From assembly GCA_026023565.1 (NCBI GenBank), contig JAPETS010000001.1, forward strand, positions 1,054,001 to 1,118,000: a stretch of DNA of 64,000 nucleotides, in the 5' to 3' direction. The position numbers and the translations under genes are program-made. This document shows, in pieces, positions 13,935-26,012 of this stretch (its first letter is position 1; each line of letters starts with the position of its first letter). The notes under the pieces are model-generated. The model saw nothing but the letters and a program-made list of their open reading frames with translations, did not search any database and was not told the DNA's origin. This DNA comes from Cirrosporium novae-zelandiae (lineage: Eukaryota).

Positions 13935-14937
13935 AACTCAACAATTGCGCGCAGGGATAAACTATACTATAGGCTAGTCAGTTGAAGTCTCCCATGGGAG
14001 GCGCGACTCAAGCCACATGTCAAGTAAAAATTAGCACTTAAAGAGAGTAACGGCCGATACGAGAATCAAATAGGCTGGCCACTGAAAAGCTCCTGAGGTG
14101 GCTATTTGTTTTACCCAAATAAAGGGCCACTCGTGGGTCGTTTTCCGTAAAAGTGCCGTTGTCAACAACTAGGGCATGGCAGGTGTCTGGACATGTGGCC
14201 TGAGGCTTTCGTTCAGGAGTGGTGGGTTAAACTCACATGTACAAGAACAACAAAGGTTTGGATGGAAAGATTTAGAGTGTGATGGTATAAGAAGTAAATC
14301 CAGTGTCGACAATAGCCATGACGAGATCCCGGGACAATCCAAATAATTAATAGGCGCAAGTTGGATGGATTTTCTGAAGAGAATGGAAGAATAGGTTTGT
14401 AGTATCCGAGACAGACAGATTACATGTAATTAGTCTAACAAGAATTCGCCTTGCAAATGATCCCGTCGGGAATAAAATAGCCAAGGGGGGGTGGGCTTAG
14501 TCGGATGATGCCTGAGGCTTAGGCTTCAGGTGGCCTTGTGGTTGGTTTGTGGTAATGTATGTAATAGTATGTAATACCTTATGCACCGGATGTAACCGAG
14601 TTCCTACCTCCGAGTACACCCTACTGCACCTAAGTTAGAGCAGTGTATGGTGTCCTCTAATGTACAGTTGCGCAATGTCTATTAGCGATTACGGATGCCT
14701 ATGAGTACCAGCATACTTTGGTATCTTCTCTTTGATACAGGGAATAGTTAACTACTTTGCTAATGATTCAGGGTGCAAGATATTTACTGATTACTTTACT
14801 TCTTTACTTCTTTTTTCCCACTAACTAGCCTTCATTCCTAACAGAATCCCATTCTATCAGGCCATGTACCCCTTACCGCATCCGCTTCCACTACACCAAA
14901 AATAACCCAAGAGCTACGTGCTACACCCAAATGAAGC

Positions 14938-17900
14938 ATGCCAAACCCAAAGGCTTACAGCGAGCTCAACAATCCAACCAATAATCCCCCCCATGATATT
15001 GACTCTGATGATGATGATCTCGACTTGCAAGAACTAGATCCATTTTCTGAATCAAACTCCTACTCGATACGCGGGCGTACATCGAAAGAAGAGCTTCGGA
15101 ATTACCAAGAGCGCCATGGACTATTCCCCTTGAGAAATCTACCCGCTGGCAGCAGCGAACGTTATGCGGATCAGTTTAGGTCTTTCTCGAAAGGCAGCCA
15201 TTACGAAGAGCATGGTGGAAGTTCACACGGGGTCGAGGACGGACAAGAAAGCCAGAGGGTTTCGCAGGGAGAACTAGAATTTGGTGACGAGGCCCCTCTA
15301 TTGCAGTCAGGAAATACAACAGAACGTCGGCGCAACAAACATGAACGTGGAAGTTTTGATGCAGCTGGCCTTGCATCTAGGCTTCGGCTCCCCAGTTTCA
15401 TGTCAAATCCTCCTCGTCTGACATCGTCGAATTCTCAAGATGAACCTAATAGTGGTCAAAGTAACGATGCCTCAGCAGAAGCTAGGACCATTGCAGTTGG
15501 CCGTTCGCAAACCACCCGGTTTCCACCAAATATTGTTTCTAATGCAAAATACACCCCTTGGAGTTTTCTTCCACGAACTCTATACAATGAATTCAAATTC
15601 TTCTTCAACATGTACTTCCTCTTGGTCGCCTTATCGCAGGTTATTCCCGTCTTGCGGATCGGATACCTATCTACATATATTGTGCCACTGGTGTTTGTTT
15701 TGTCTATTACCTTGGGGAAAGAGGCAATAGATGATGTTGCCCGGCGAAGAAGAGACGCCGAGTCAAATTCTGAAGGGTATACCATTTTAGATTTTAAAAG
15801 TCGTCCTTCATCTCTATATCGTGATGCCAAAGAAGGTCTTCAGCAGGGGACAGATGCGAGTGCGAGGCTGCTGGGTGCAGATGGTGCTAACTCCTCGAGA
15901 CCCCTACATTATCCTATCATTAACGTACCAGAAAAGATAGTCAGGTCGCGCGATTTGAAAGTTGGAGACGTCTTGAAGATTCAAAAAGATCAACGTGTTC
16001 CTGCAGATATCATTATTCTCAAGAGTGTTACAGTTGAGAGTAAGATTGCTGATGGTATTCCCGAAACTCAAGAAGAACAAGAAGCCGCTAAAGGTGTTGT
16101 GGATTTACTTCCAGAGTCATCAAATACCAGCGACCAGGCCACAAGCTCCGAATCTAGTGGTGCTGATGACGGAAAGGGTGATACTTTCATTCGAACCGAT
16201 CAACTTGACGGTGAAACGGATTGGAAGCTTCGTCTCGCATCTCCACTCACACAGGCATTGGCTATCAGCGAGTTCCCTAGATTACAGATTATTGCTGGCA
16301 AACCTGACAAGAATGTCAATGAATTCATTGGCAATGTCCAACTCGAACCGATTACAGGTACTCCATCTCCAGATCATCCTATGAGATCTTTACAGCCTAC
16401 GGAAACCAAAAAGTCTGCACCCCTAACTATCGATAACACTGCTTGGGCAAATACTGTTCTGGCTTCTAGCTCGACCACTTATGCAGTCGTCATCTACACT
16501 GGCACTCAGACTAGATCAGCTCTTTCTACCTCGGCTTCACGATCTAAAACAGGTTTACTCGAATTTGAGATTAATAATTTGACGAAAATACTTTGTGCAC
16601 TGACTTTCGCCTTGTCTATTATCTTAGTGGCTTTGGAGCAAGTGCAATCAACAAAGAAAGAGAAGGAAAAATGGTATGTCGAAATCATGGTATACTTGAT
16701 ACTGTTTTCGACCATTATTCCCATCAGCCTGAGGGTCAATTTGGATATGGGCAAATCTGTCTACTCGTGGTTTATCGAACGTGATCCAGGTATACCTGAC
16801 ACTGTTGTTAGAACAAGTACAATCCCGGAAGAACTGGGCAGAGTGGAATATCTCTTGACTGACAAAACGGGTACCCTAACTCAGAACGAAATGGAACTCA
16901 AAAAGATCCATATTGGAACAGTTTCTTACGCAAATGATGCAATGGATGAAGTTACTTCTTATGTTCGACAAGCCTTTTCAACGGATAGTAACCAGCCAAA
17001 ACTTCTTATAACCCCTTCTACATCTTCGTCTACGGCGGCTGCGGCAGGATCAACGACCCGTACCCGCCGAGAGATTGGATCTCGTGTCCGTGATGTTGTT
17101 CTTGCTCTTGCACTCTGTCACAATGTCACCCCAACCACCGAGGATGAAAATGGACAGAAGATTGTCTCTTACCAAGCCTCTTCACCGGACGAAATTGCCA
17201 TTGTTAGATGGACTGAAAACGTTGGACTACGCTTGGTCCACAGAGACCGCCAGAGTATGGCTCTCCAGTCTACTGACGACGGTCATGTCGCTGTCAGAGT
17301 CCGCATCCTCGACATTTTCCCTTTTACTTCTGAAGGCAAACGGATGGGCATCATTGTTCAGTTTTTTCAAGACGATGATGCTGCTTCAGCGAATCAAGAA
17401 AATGGAGAGATCTGGTTCTATCAAAAAGGCGCAGATACTGTCATGAGTACCATCGTAGCGGCAAATGACTGGTTGGACGAGGAAACCGCAAATATGGCTA
17501 GAGAGGGTCTTCGAACATTGGTTGTTGGTCGAAAAAAGCTTTCCCCACAACAATATGCTGAATTCTCCTCCAGCTACAAGGAAGCATCTCTTGCCCTCAC
17601 TGGTCGAGACGATGGAATGGCTCGAGTTGTGAGAGATCATCTAGAAAGAGACCTTGAACTGCTTGGTGTGACTGGTGTCGAAGACAGACTTCAACGAGAT
17701 GTCAAGCCATCCCTTGAACTTCTCCGGAATGCTGGCGTCAAGATTTGGATGCTTACAGGCGACAAAGTGGAAACAGCCCGTTGCGTCGCTATCAGCGCCA
17801 AACTTGTAGCAAGAGGCCAATACATCCACACCATCGCAAAGCTAAATCGCAAGGACCTTGCTCAAGACTCTCTTGATTTCATTCGCAGTAAAACCGATGC

Positions 17901-18873
17901 CTGCCTTTTAATTGATGGTGATTCGCTATCTCTTATGCTTTACTATTTCCGTGACGACTTCATCTCCCTCACTGTCCGCCTCCCTGCCGTAATCGCATGC
18001 CGCTGTTCTCCAACTCAAAAAGCCGATCTCGCAAACCTAATTCGTGAGTATACTAGAAAACGCATCTGCTGCATAGGCGACGGTGGTAATGATGTCTCCA
18101 TGATACAAGCCGCCGATGTGGGAGTCGGAATTGTTGGGAAGGAAGGCCGTCAAGCCAGTCTTGCTGCCGACTTCTCCATCACCCAATTCTGTCATCTGAC
18201 GAAACTGCTCGTGTGGCATGGCCGAAATAGCTATAAGCGGTCCGCTAAGCTTGCACAGTTCGTCATGCATCGTGGTCTTATTATCAGCGTTTGTCAGACT
18301 TTCTACAGTATTGCCAGCCACTTCGAACCCAATGCCCTCTTCCTGAACTGGCTACTCGTGGGCTACGCTACAGTCTATACCATGGCCCCTGTATTCTCCC
18401 TCGTTCTTGACAAAGACGTCGATGAGTCCCTCGCAAACCTCTACCCTGAACTCTACAAAGAACTCAAAACAGGTCGTTCTCTAAGCTACAAAACCTTCTT
18501 CATTTGGGTGGCCATTTCCATTTATCAAGGCGGTATGATCCAAGGGCTTTCCCAAATCCTTGTTGCCGTCGAAGGTCCCCAGATGGTCGCCGTCTCCTTC
18601 ACCGCTCTCATCCTCAACGAGCTCATCATGGTCGCCTTTGAAATAACAACTTGGCATCCGCTCATGATTGCAAGTTTGGTGGGCACCGGGGCTTTGTATT
18701 TTGGTAGTATTCCGTTCTTGGGAGATTACTTCGATTTGGCGTATGTAGCGAGCTTGGCGTTTGTGTGGAGGGTACTTGCAATAAGTGCAGTGGCGCTGAT
18801 TCCGCCCTATGTTGTCAAGTTAACGAGGAGGACGTTGAAACCACCGAGCTATAGAAAGGTTAGGGGATTATGA
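14938..18873 (+). CDS. NEO1: P4-type ATPase phospholipid flippase, Neo1/ATP9 class; intronless
   Basis: DQLDGETDWKLR, DKTGTLTQN phosphorylation site, MLTGDKVETA, IGDGGNDVSMIQAA, IIPISLRVNLD, C-terminal PPSYRKV. Confidence 0.95.
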   Translation: MPNPKAYSELNNPTNNPPHDIDSDDDDLDLQELDPFSESNSYSIRGRTSKEELRNYQERHGLFPLRNLPAGSSERYADQFRSFSKGSHYEEHGGSSHGVEDGQESQRVSQGELEFGDEAPLLQSGNTTERRRNKHERGSFDAAGLASRLRLPSFMSNPPRLTSSNSQDEPNSGQSNDASAEARTIAVGRSQTTRFPPNIVSNAKYTPWSFLPRTLYNEFKFFFNMYFLLVALSQVIPVLRIGYLSTYIVPLVFVLSITLGKEAIDDVARRRRDAESNSEGYTILDFKSRPSSLYRDAKEGLQQGTDASARLLGADGANSSRPLHYPIINVPEKIVRSRDLKVGDVLKIQKDQRVPADIIILKSVTVESKIADGIPETQEEQEAAKGVVDLLPESSNTSDQATSSESSGADDGKGDTFIRTDQLDGETDWKLRLASPLTQALAISEFPRLQIIAGKPDKNVNEFIGNVQLEPITGTPSPDHPMRSLQPTETKKSAPLTIDNTAWANTVLASSSTTYAVVIYTGTQTRSALSTSASRSKTGLLEFEINNLTKILCALTFALSIILVALEQVQSTKKEKEKWYVEIMVYLILFSTIIPISLRVNLDMGKSVYSWFIERDPGIPDTVVRTSTIPEELGRVEYLLTDKTGTLTQNEMELKKIHIGTVSYANDAMDEVTSYVRQAFSTDSNQPKLLITPSTSSSTAAAAGSTTRTRREIGSRVRDVVLALALCHNVTPTTEDENGQKIVSYQASSPDEIAIVRWTENVGLRLVHRDRQSMALQSTDDGHVAVRVRILDIFPFTSEGKRMGIIVQFFQDDDAASANQENGEIWFYQKGADTVMSTIVAANDWLDEETANMAREGLRTLVVGRKKLSPQQYAEFSSSYKEASLALTGRDDGMARVVRDHLERDLELLGVTGVEDRLQRDVKPSLELLRNAGVKIWMLTGDKVETARCVAISAKLVARGQYIHTIAKLNRKDLAQDSLDFIRSKTDACLLIDGDSLSLMLYYFRDDFISLTVRLPAVIACRCSPTQKADLANLIREYTRKRICCIGDGGNDVSMIQAADVGVGIVGKEGRQASLAADFSITQFCHLTKLLVWHGRNSYKRSAKLAQFVMHRGLIISVCQTFYSIASHFEPNALFLNWLLVGYATVYTMAPVFSLVLDKDVDESLANLYPELYKELKTGRSLSYKTFFIWVAISIYQGGMIQGLSQILVAVEGPQMVAVSFTALILNELIMVAFEITTWHPLMIASLVGTGALYFGSIPFLGDYFDLAYVASLAFVWRVLAISAVALIPPYVVKLTRRTLKPPSYRKVRGL

Positions 18874-19087
18874 TAACTGGGTTTTTTCTCCTTTCTTTGA
18901 TTTTGTTTACTGTTTTCTTGAAGCGCAAGGAGAGTTTCCGGACTACGGTCTTGTATACAATGGCGTTCGCCCAAAGAGGCATGTCTGGGCAAGTTTTCTC
19001 TGCATTAGAGTAGCATACTGATACTTCACAAAAAAAAAACTTTCATGCCCTATCATCTTCTTCAACCCTCTTAATGCCACACCCTCC

Positions 19088-19938
19088 CTAATAATACTGC
19101 CAAGCAGCCGGGTTCTCTCCCTCCCACGAATGCACCTTCACCCCTTTCAACCGCGTACATCCTGTGACATTAAACAGCGGCTCCTGCACATACAACGTAT
19201 AGAGTGGCCCGTCAACACTGCACCCACTAAGCGGGCACGCCAAGACACCTGTATCTGTCCCATTAGGAAGCACGAAGGACCAGTACCCGAGAGCCGGTGC
19301 ACAGTTATAGTGGGGACTGTTTCCGGGGCATAGATCACCGGAGGGGATAGCAAGGGAGTGGAAGGTCCAGATGCCAGTGTCGGCGAGGGCAGGGCCGTTC
19401 GGCATGTAGATGCTGTGGGCTTGCGTGTAGGTCAGGAGGCCGGAGAAGGAAATAAAGGTTTGCTGACCACCGGGGACTTCTACATTCTTTTTTATTTTTG
19501 AGAAAACAGGGTGTTAGTCATGTATGTTAGTAGTAGTAATAGTAGTAGTAGTGGTGTTGGGTGGAGTGGAGCGATTGTTGTTGTACTAACCAGGCCCCAA
19601 TTCGGCCAGTAGACCACCAGTTCTCCGCTGTCGGGACAGGGGTTGACGCCCGTGGGGCAGTAGATTCCTGCACCAGTAGCGCCAAGCACAAATGATAGGC
19701 CGCCGTTTTCGACTTTGAGAGAGTCGAGCCATGGGCGGTCGGGATCCCAGGATGTAAGGGTCCCTAGGCCATATGATTGAGTGGGGGAGGAGGTGGTGGT
19801 GGTGCTTGAGGTAGATGCTGCGTCAGGAGTGGTGGTGGGTGTGGTGTATGTTGAGCAAGGCTCAGACTCTTGGGGGTATGAGAGGGCGCTGGGGAGTATA
19901 GAAAGGTTTAGGAGTAAGGGGATGAGTTTGAAGTACAT
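19088..19938 (-). CDS. Small secreted Cys-containing protein, fungal IgE-binding-protein-like; intron 19487-19590
   Basis: Signal peptide MYFKLIPLLLNLSILPSALS, Thr/Ser tract, YCP...CP, then spliced NVEVPGGQQTFISFSGLLTYTQAHSIYMP; ends AAWQYY. Confidence 0.75.
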
Positions 19939-21041
19939 GTTGGGATTGATGAGGAGATGATATATTTTGGATGCAATGAAGAAATATTGATTCAATTGTA
20001 AAATTGTAGAGGTTTGAAGAACTTGACTACAGGACCTCCCCAGACATGAACCCATGTTATAGATATATTTTAAACCTAGCTATTATCAGCAGCCATTATA
20101 GGGGCCTGTGTGTCCTGTATGATCCTTTTCTCGAGGGATTGTGTTGTTGTACAAAATAGGACTTGCGGCGTTCCACATTCTTGTCACATTTCCACACTAA
20201 AAGTAACACAATAATAAATAAGACCTGATTCGTAGATAAAATTTGCATTGTAAATCGAGGCTGAGACATGCATAATTTCACGTGATATCAAACATTTCCA
20301 TCAGGCAACTGTAGCTGGTAAAAATCATGTAATGGGTTTCCAGAATGATCATTTGATCTATATCCTAGAAGTTTAATTAAGAGGATCATTGATATAAGCC
20401 ATCTCGGTTGCACCTTCTCGTAACCAAGAATGGCCCTGTATTACCTTTATTAAAGGTTCCCCAGCTTACCCCACAGCCGGTACCAGGACTTCATTGTTGG
20501 GGGTGGAAATTTGTCGTCAGATGGTCATACGGTTGTAGACTGATTTCCCAAAATAATGGTTTCCCTTGCCAAGTAACAGGAGGCAAATGAGGATTATTTA
20601 TGTCCTCGACCAGAAACGGCGCGGTCACTGGTCACATTACGTCAAAAAACACATGTGTTCACCTAGGACATGTAGCCAAAGCCAGTTTTCTGGAACACAC
20701 TCCCCCACGTCTCCCTTAGAGTATTGCAAATGCAAAGGAGATGAAAGAGAGTGTGTAAGCTTGAAACGTTTGACGAGTTGGATTGCTAGCGGAGAGATAG
20801 TAACACCTCCGACGCATCATCTAATTTTTTTCTCCGTCATAACGTTTAAACTGGTTCTGGGCCGATGTGACAATGGGCTAGAGCGAGGGGAGGATATAAC
20901 CAGTATTGAAGGTAATTGGGATATCAACGAGATAAGAACTCAATGAGCGCTCCCATGCCTTAGTTTGGTTACTCCATTTAAATATTACAACCGTGAAGCT
21001 GCGATGGAAATCTGCAAAAGCAGACAACGTAGATGGAAAAT

Positions 21042-21574
21042 TCAGATACATTGCATGACAAGATCGAGAAGGTCAAAGAAGCTCTCTCGGTCATGCTCTG
21101 CTTTGTCAAACCCAAAACCAAACACAACCAGGCGTTTCTCTTCAGGATTTTTTCTGACTATTGCACTGGCAATCTGTCTAGCATAAAGATGGCCAACCAT
21201 TTCTCGTTCTTGTGAAGCACCCCCAAGGAGTGTTTTTGGCGTAAGATGGGGTAAAGGAAGGATCATTTCTTGTGCGGCTTCTTGAGCTATGTATTGGTCA
21301 GCTTCAAGGGGACTGGATGAATCTAGTGGTACATGAATCTGTGTTCGTGTTAGAAAAGATAAATATATGAGATTGAATATATTATGCTTGCCCATTGAGC
21401 AGGTCCTCTCCCTTGTGTGACGGTTATCATAATCTTATCCGCAAAGGCAGTAGACATGACGTCTGTGGTTAAACCCCCAACAAGACCATTTGCTTGTTTA
21501 GTCGCGGCAGGGTATGGAAGAGACATTGTTGAAGAATTAGATTCTGGTAGTAAATCTGCTCGTAGCATAGGCAT
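21042..21574 (-). CDS. Proteasome assembly chaperone 3 (PAC3/PSMG3)-like; GC-AG intron 21339-21391
   Basis: TDVMSTAFADKIMITVTQ...QW joined to IHVPL...LTPKTLLGG...LYARQIASAI...LVVFGFG. Confidence 0.8.
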
Positions 21575-21775
21575 CTTCCAGCCTATTAAGGTTGCTGATG
21601 TGCTAGCGTGCTCTCAATAAATAATTTGACTGATAAAAATATTTTGGTGGTTCAAAAGCAGTTGAAAGCACGTACCTTATTACACCACACCGCCTTTGAA
21701 TCCCTGTTATTCAGTGTGGCAGAATAATTTATCAAAGTCCCACTCCAAAAGTTCAGCGCTGCTGCCATCTTCACC

Positions 21776-24700
21776 ATGCCTAAATTCGTCCCTCGACAAC
21801 GCAAGCACAAGGGCAGAGATCAGGACTCTCATAATACTTCAGGTGAGCCGCATAATGGAGCAGACACCAATACTCCAGTTTTGCTCCCCGCATCGAAGAC
21901 CGAGAGAGAGGAAAAGAGGCAAAAGTTGAAGGCCGAGCTTCGAGAGCAGCAGTCGAAAATATCTAGCAAAAAACAAAAGCGATTAGATAAATATATTGCA
22001 CGTCTATATCCCAATTATTATGTTATGAGACTATATTCTAATACAGGTCCAGGAAACCAAATTGCGAAATGATGAAACCCAAGCTCTCATTAAGAAGCTA
22101 TCGCGGCGCAAAGTCGACACAAGCTCCTTCCAAAGTTCTCGAGTCTTAAATTTCAAAAAACAAACTCGTCACGAGCGTCCCCCAAAAGATGGAGGGGTAG
22201 AGTTAGGTGAAGGTGACCATAATTTAACCGATGATGAATCAGATTTTTCTGATGCCCATATCAAGAAGTCTAAACATGGATTGCCTAACCGGCTCACGCC
22301 AGTTTCAGAGGAGCAGAAGCCTATAAGTACTACAAGTATAGGTCGGGGATTGAAACGGCCCTTAGAATTGGATTCGAGTGGAAATCCAGTCATCAAGAAA
22401 CGTACGAAACGACAGAAGTTGAAACAGCCTGTGGCGGAAGAAATTCCTTGGAACGGGCTTAGTGATACAGATGAGGAAGATAATAATGAATATGAGCATG
22501 AGGCTCCCTCAAATCCAGAGGAAGATGACTCTAGTCAGCCAACTGAGTCCGATGAAGATGATGGAGCCGAAGATGAAAGCGGGAGTAATAGTAGTGAAGA
22601 GGAAGAAGAGGATACAGCAAATAAGAAGCCTAGATTTTCAGCATTTAAAGAATGGGCTACTCAGCAAGTCAATGATGCCTTAGGGTTTACTCCTTCAGGG
22701 CCCATCACAACCGCAATGGCTAGTGTAGAGGCCTCGAAGAATATCACATTTGAACCCAGACCTCTAGAGCAAGATCCATTGCCTCAAGAGCTTGAGGTCA
22801 AGGAAACAGCGGATTCGCACAGGAAAGCATATAGTGTTCTAGTCGAACGTTCAGAAGAGATTCAGACGGCGAGACTGAAACTTCCAGTAGTAGCAGAAGA
22901 ACAGAAAATCATGGAAGCAATTCATAACCATAGCTCTGTCGTGATATGGGGTGCTACCGGCAGTGGCAAAACCACACAGGTCCCTCAATTCCTATACGAA
23001 GCGGGTTATGGTGACCCTAATGGCCCTACTCCGGGTTTGATCGGAGTTACACAACCAAGACGAGTCGCAGCGGTCAGTATGGCAGAACGTGTGGCAGAAG
23101 AGCTTGGCAGTTTACGAGACAGAGTTGCACATCAGATACGATTCGAAAGTACTGTGAACAAGAACACAGCTATCAAGTTTATGACTGATGGTGTTCTCCT
23201 CCGAGAAATATCCCAAGATTTTTATCTTACGAAATATTCTGTTATCATCATCGATGAAGCCCATGAAAGAAGTGCAAATACAGATATTCTAATTGGAATG
23301 CTTTGCAGGATCGTAGATCTTAGGGCCAAAGAAAGTCATAATGATCCTAAAATCAAGCCCTTGAAACTGGTGGTAATGTCTGCCACCTTAAAGATATCCG
23401 ACTTTATCGAAAATTCCAAACTTTTCCGCAGGGAACGGCCTCCTCTTATTCAAGCGGAAGGACGGCAATACCCAGTTACTATTCACTTCGCTCGGAAAAC
23501 GAATCATGACTACGTAGAGGAAGCATTCAGAAAGGTCTGTAGAGGTCATCGAAAGTTGCCCCCTGGCGGTATGCTCGTCTTCTTGACCGGACAAAATGAA
23601 ATATCAGATCTGGCAAAGAGGCTCAGGAACGCGTTCCCCATCACCAAAGGGTCGTATACGAAGGACCCTCATGTCGAAGTCGCAGCTCTAGAAACCCCTT
23701 TGGAAATCGAGGATTTTGATATCACTAATAATCAGCCAATTCCAGAAAGCAAAGACGATTTTGACTCAGAGCCAGAGACAGATGAGGAATTCGAGGACGA
23801 GCATGGCTTCAACGTCGGAGAGGGAGTGGTAGTGCAGGGCTCGACTCCTTTGCATGTCCTTCCGCTTTATGCTCAGCTCCCTACCAAGGATCAGCTCAAG
23901 GTCTTCCAGCCTCCCCCAGATGAATCACGTCTAATTATTCTTGCGACCAACGTCGCAGAAACTAGTTTAACTATTCCTGGTATCCGCTATGTTTTCGACT
24001 GTGGACGTGCAAAAGATAGGAAATATGACCAGACAACAGGAGTCCAAAGCTTCGAGGTCGGCTGGATTAGTAAGGCCAGTGCAAGCCAACGAGCCGGTCG
24101 AGCCGGCAGAACAGGCCCCGGCCATTGTTATAGATTGTACTCTTCTTCAGTCTACGAACGCGACTTCGAAGAGTATTCCAAGCCCGAACTTCTTCGGACG
24201 CCCATCGAAAGCATTGTCCTCCAGCTCAAAAGGCTTGGCATCACCAAGGTCATAAATTTCCCCTTTCCGACCCCGCCAGATCGGGAAAGCATCCAGAAAG
24301 CAGAAAGGCTACTCACAAATCTCGGAGCCATATCCCCAGACAACTCAATAACCGAACTCGGCCAAAACCTCTCCATCTTCCCCATATCTCCGCGCCTATC
24401 GAAAATGCTGCTCCTGGGCTTCAAGCTCGACTGCGCGCCCTACGTGATCGCCCTCGTTGCTGCCCTCAGCGTTTTCGACATCTTCATCCCCGAAAACCAA
24501 CTCGACAGCTCCTCAGACGAACATCAACCCGATTTCAACAACAGCATCGAACCTCAAGACCCAGAACAAACCCAGCGCCACAAACGTTACTCCCGCGCCC
24601 ACCGCGCCTTCTCAACAACTGCTCAATCCTCCGACGCCATAAAAATGATGTCGGCCCTATGCGCCTACGCCTGGGCCTCCACCTCCCAAGACCCTTCTAC

Positions 24701-25412
24701 CTTCTGCACCTCCCACTTCTTACGCCCCAAAGCTCTAAAAGAAGCCACCCTCCTCCGGCACCAGCTAACACAAATCGCACATGCAAACTGGAGAGACTTA
24801 ATCCCCAAACCCTCCAACACATCCACCCTAACCCCCCCAGCCGCATCTCAAATCACAACCCTCAAAAAAATCACCGCCGCAGCCCACCTGGACCACGTCG
24901 CCATCCGGGCAGACCTCCTCGGTGAATCCCCGCCCAAAACTCCCCGCAGGCTCATCGATGTCCCTTACATCCCACTCTTCCTATCATACACAGGCCGTGC
25001 TCTCAATCTCATTCAGATTGCGGTGTACATACATCCATCCTCCGTGCTCGCACACTCCACATCGGCGAAATTCGCACCCGAATATCTCATCTATGCGCAC
25101 TTGCAAAAACCACCACCAACAACAACGCTAGAAGACCAACAGCCTGCACGACAACCGAAAACTAGGATGCATCCGTTGACACCAATCAGCGGGACGCAGC
25201 TAGCGGAACTAGCAGCCGGGACCCCGCTGCTAAGATACGGAAAACCGATTGGGAAGATCAGGATGCTGGAGGATGGGGTTAGTAGGAAATGCTATGTGCA
25301 GCCTACACTTGTGGGGGAGGCGGGAGGCAGGGAGTGGGGATTGCCGGCTAGAAAGGTGGTTCAGAGGAGAGTCGCAGGACAGGGATGGGTTACTGAGAAA
25401 GTTGTTGGGTAA
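21776..25412 (+). CDS. DHR1: DEAH-box RNA helicase Dhr1/Ecm16 (DHX37, SSU processome); GC-AG intron 21998-22052
   Basis: N-terminal MPKFVPRQRKHK...KRLDKYI; GATGSGKTTQ, TQPRRVAA, DEAH, MSAT, ATNVAETSLTIPGI, QRAGRAGR. Confidence 0.93.
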
Positions 25413-26012
25413 GGTAGACTGTGGATGAAAAAAAAATGAAGGTGTGATTGTTTAACATCGTAAATGGATAAGATGGATAAAAAATTACGGATATTTCCCT
25501 CATAGAATTTTTTATTTATCAGAGCAACTTGAAACAAAAAGTCTTAAAAAAATAGTTCCTTTTTCTTTTTTCTTTCCATTTGGTATTTATAATCCTTTAA
25601 AATATAATGTAAAAAAAAATAGATAATAGTAATGTTTTCTCTATATAAATACAAATATATGCCTCGTACCTATTGAATCCAAATATATCTTTCATAAAGA
25701 AAATGAACATGAAAAAAATAAGAGTCATCAAAGTCGTATTTGTCCTCATTTCCTTCCTTTCTTTCAAGCTAGCAGACGAAATAAAGTCAGAATAATTCTT
25801 CCCCTGAAAAAGGAATATACATATACATATATGATATAATGCTCCTGCAGGCTCAACAGCAACACACAATCAATAAATCAATCCGCCTATATCCATACAC
25901 CCATCCATGCAAACACCACGCAATCAATGAAAAAACAAAAGATGGTATATCCCACAACGAAAAAAAGACGGCACCGTCGCTAAGGATCCAAGAAGCTAAA
26001 TTAAACTAGACC

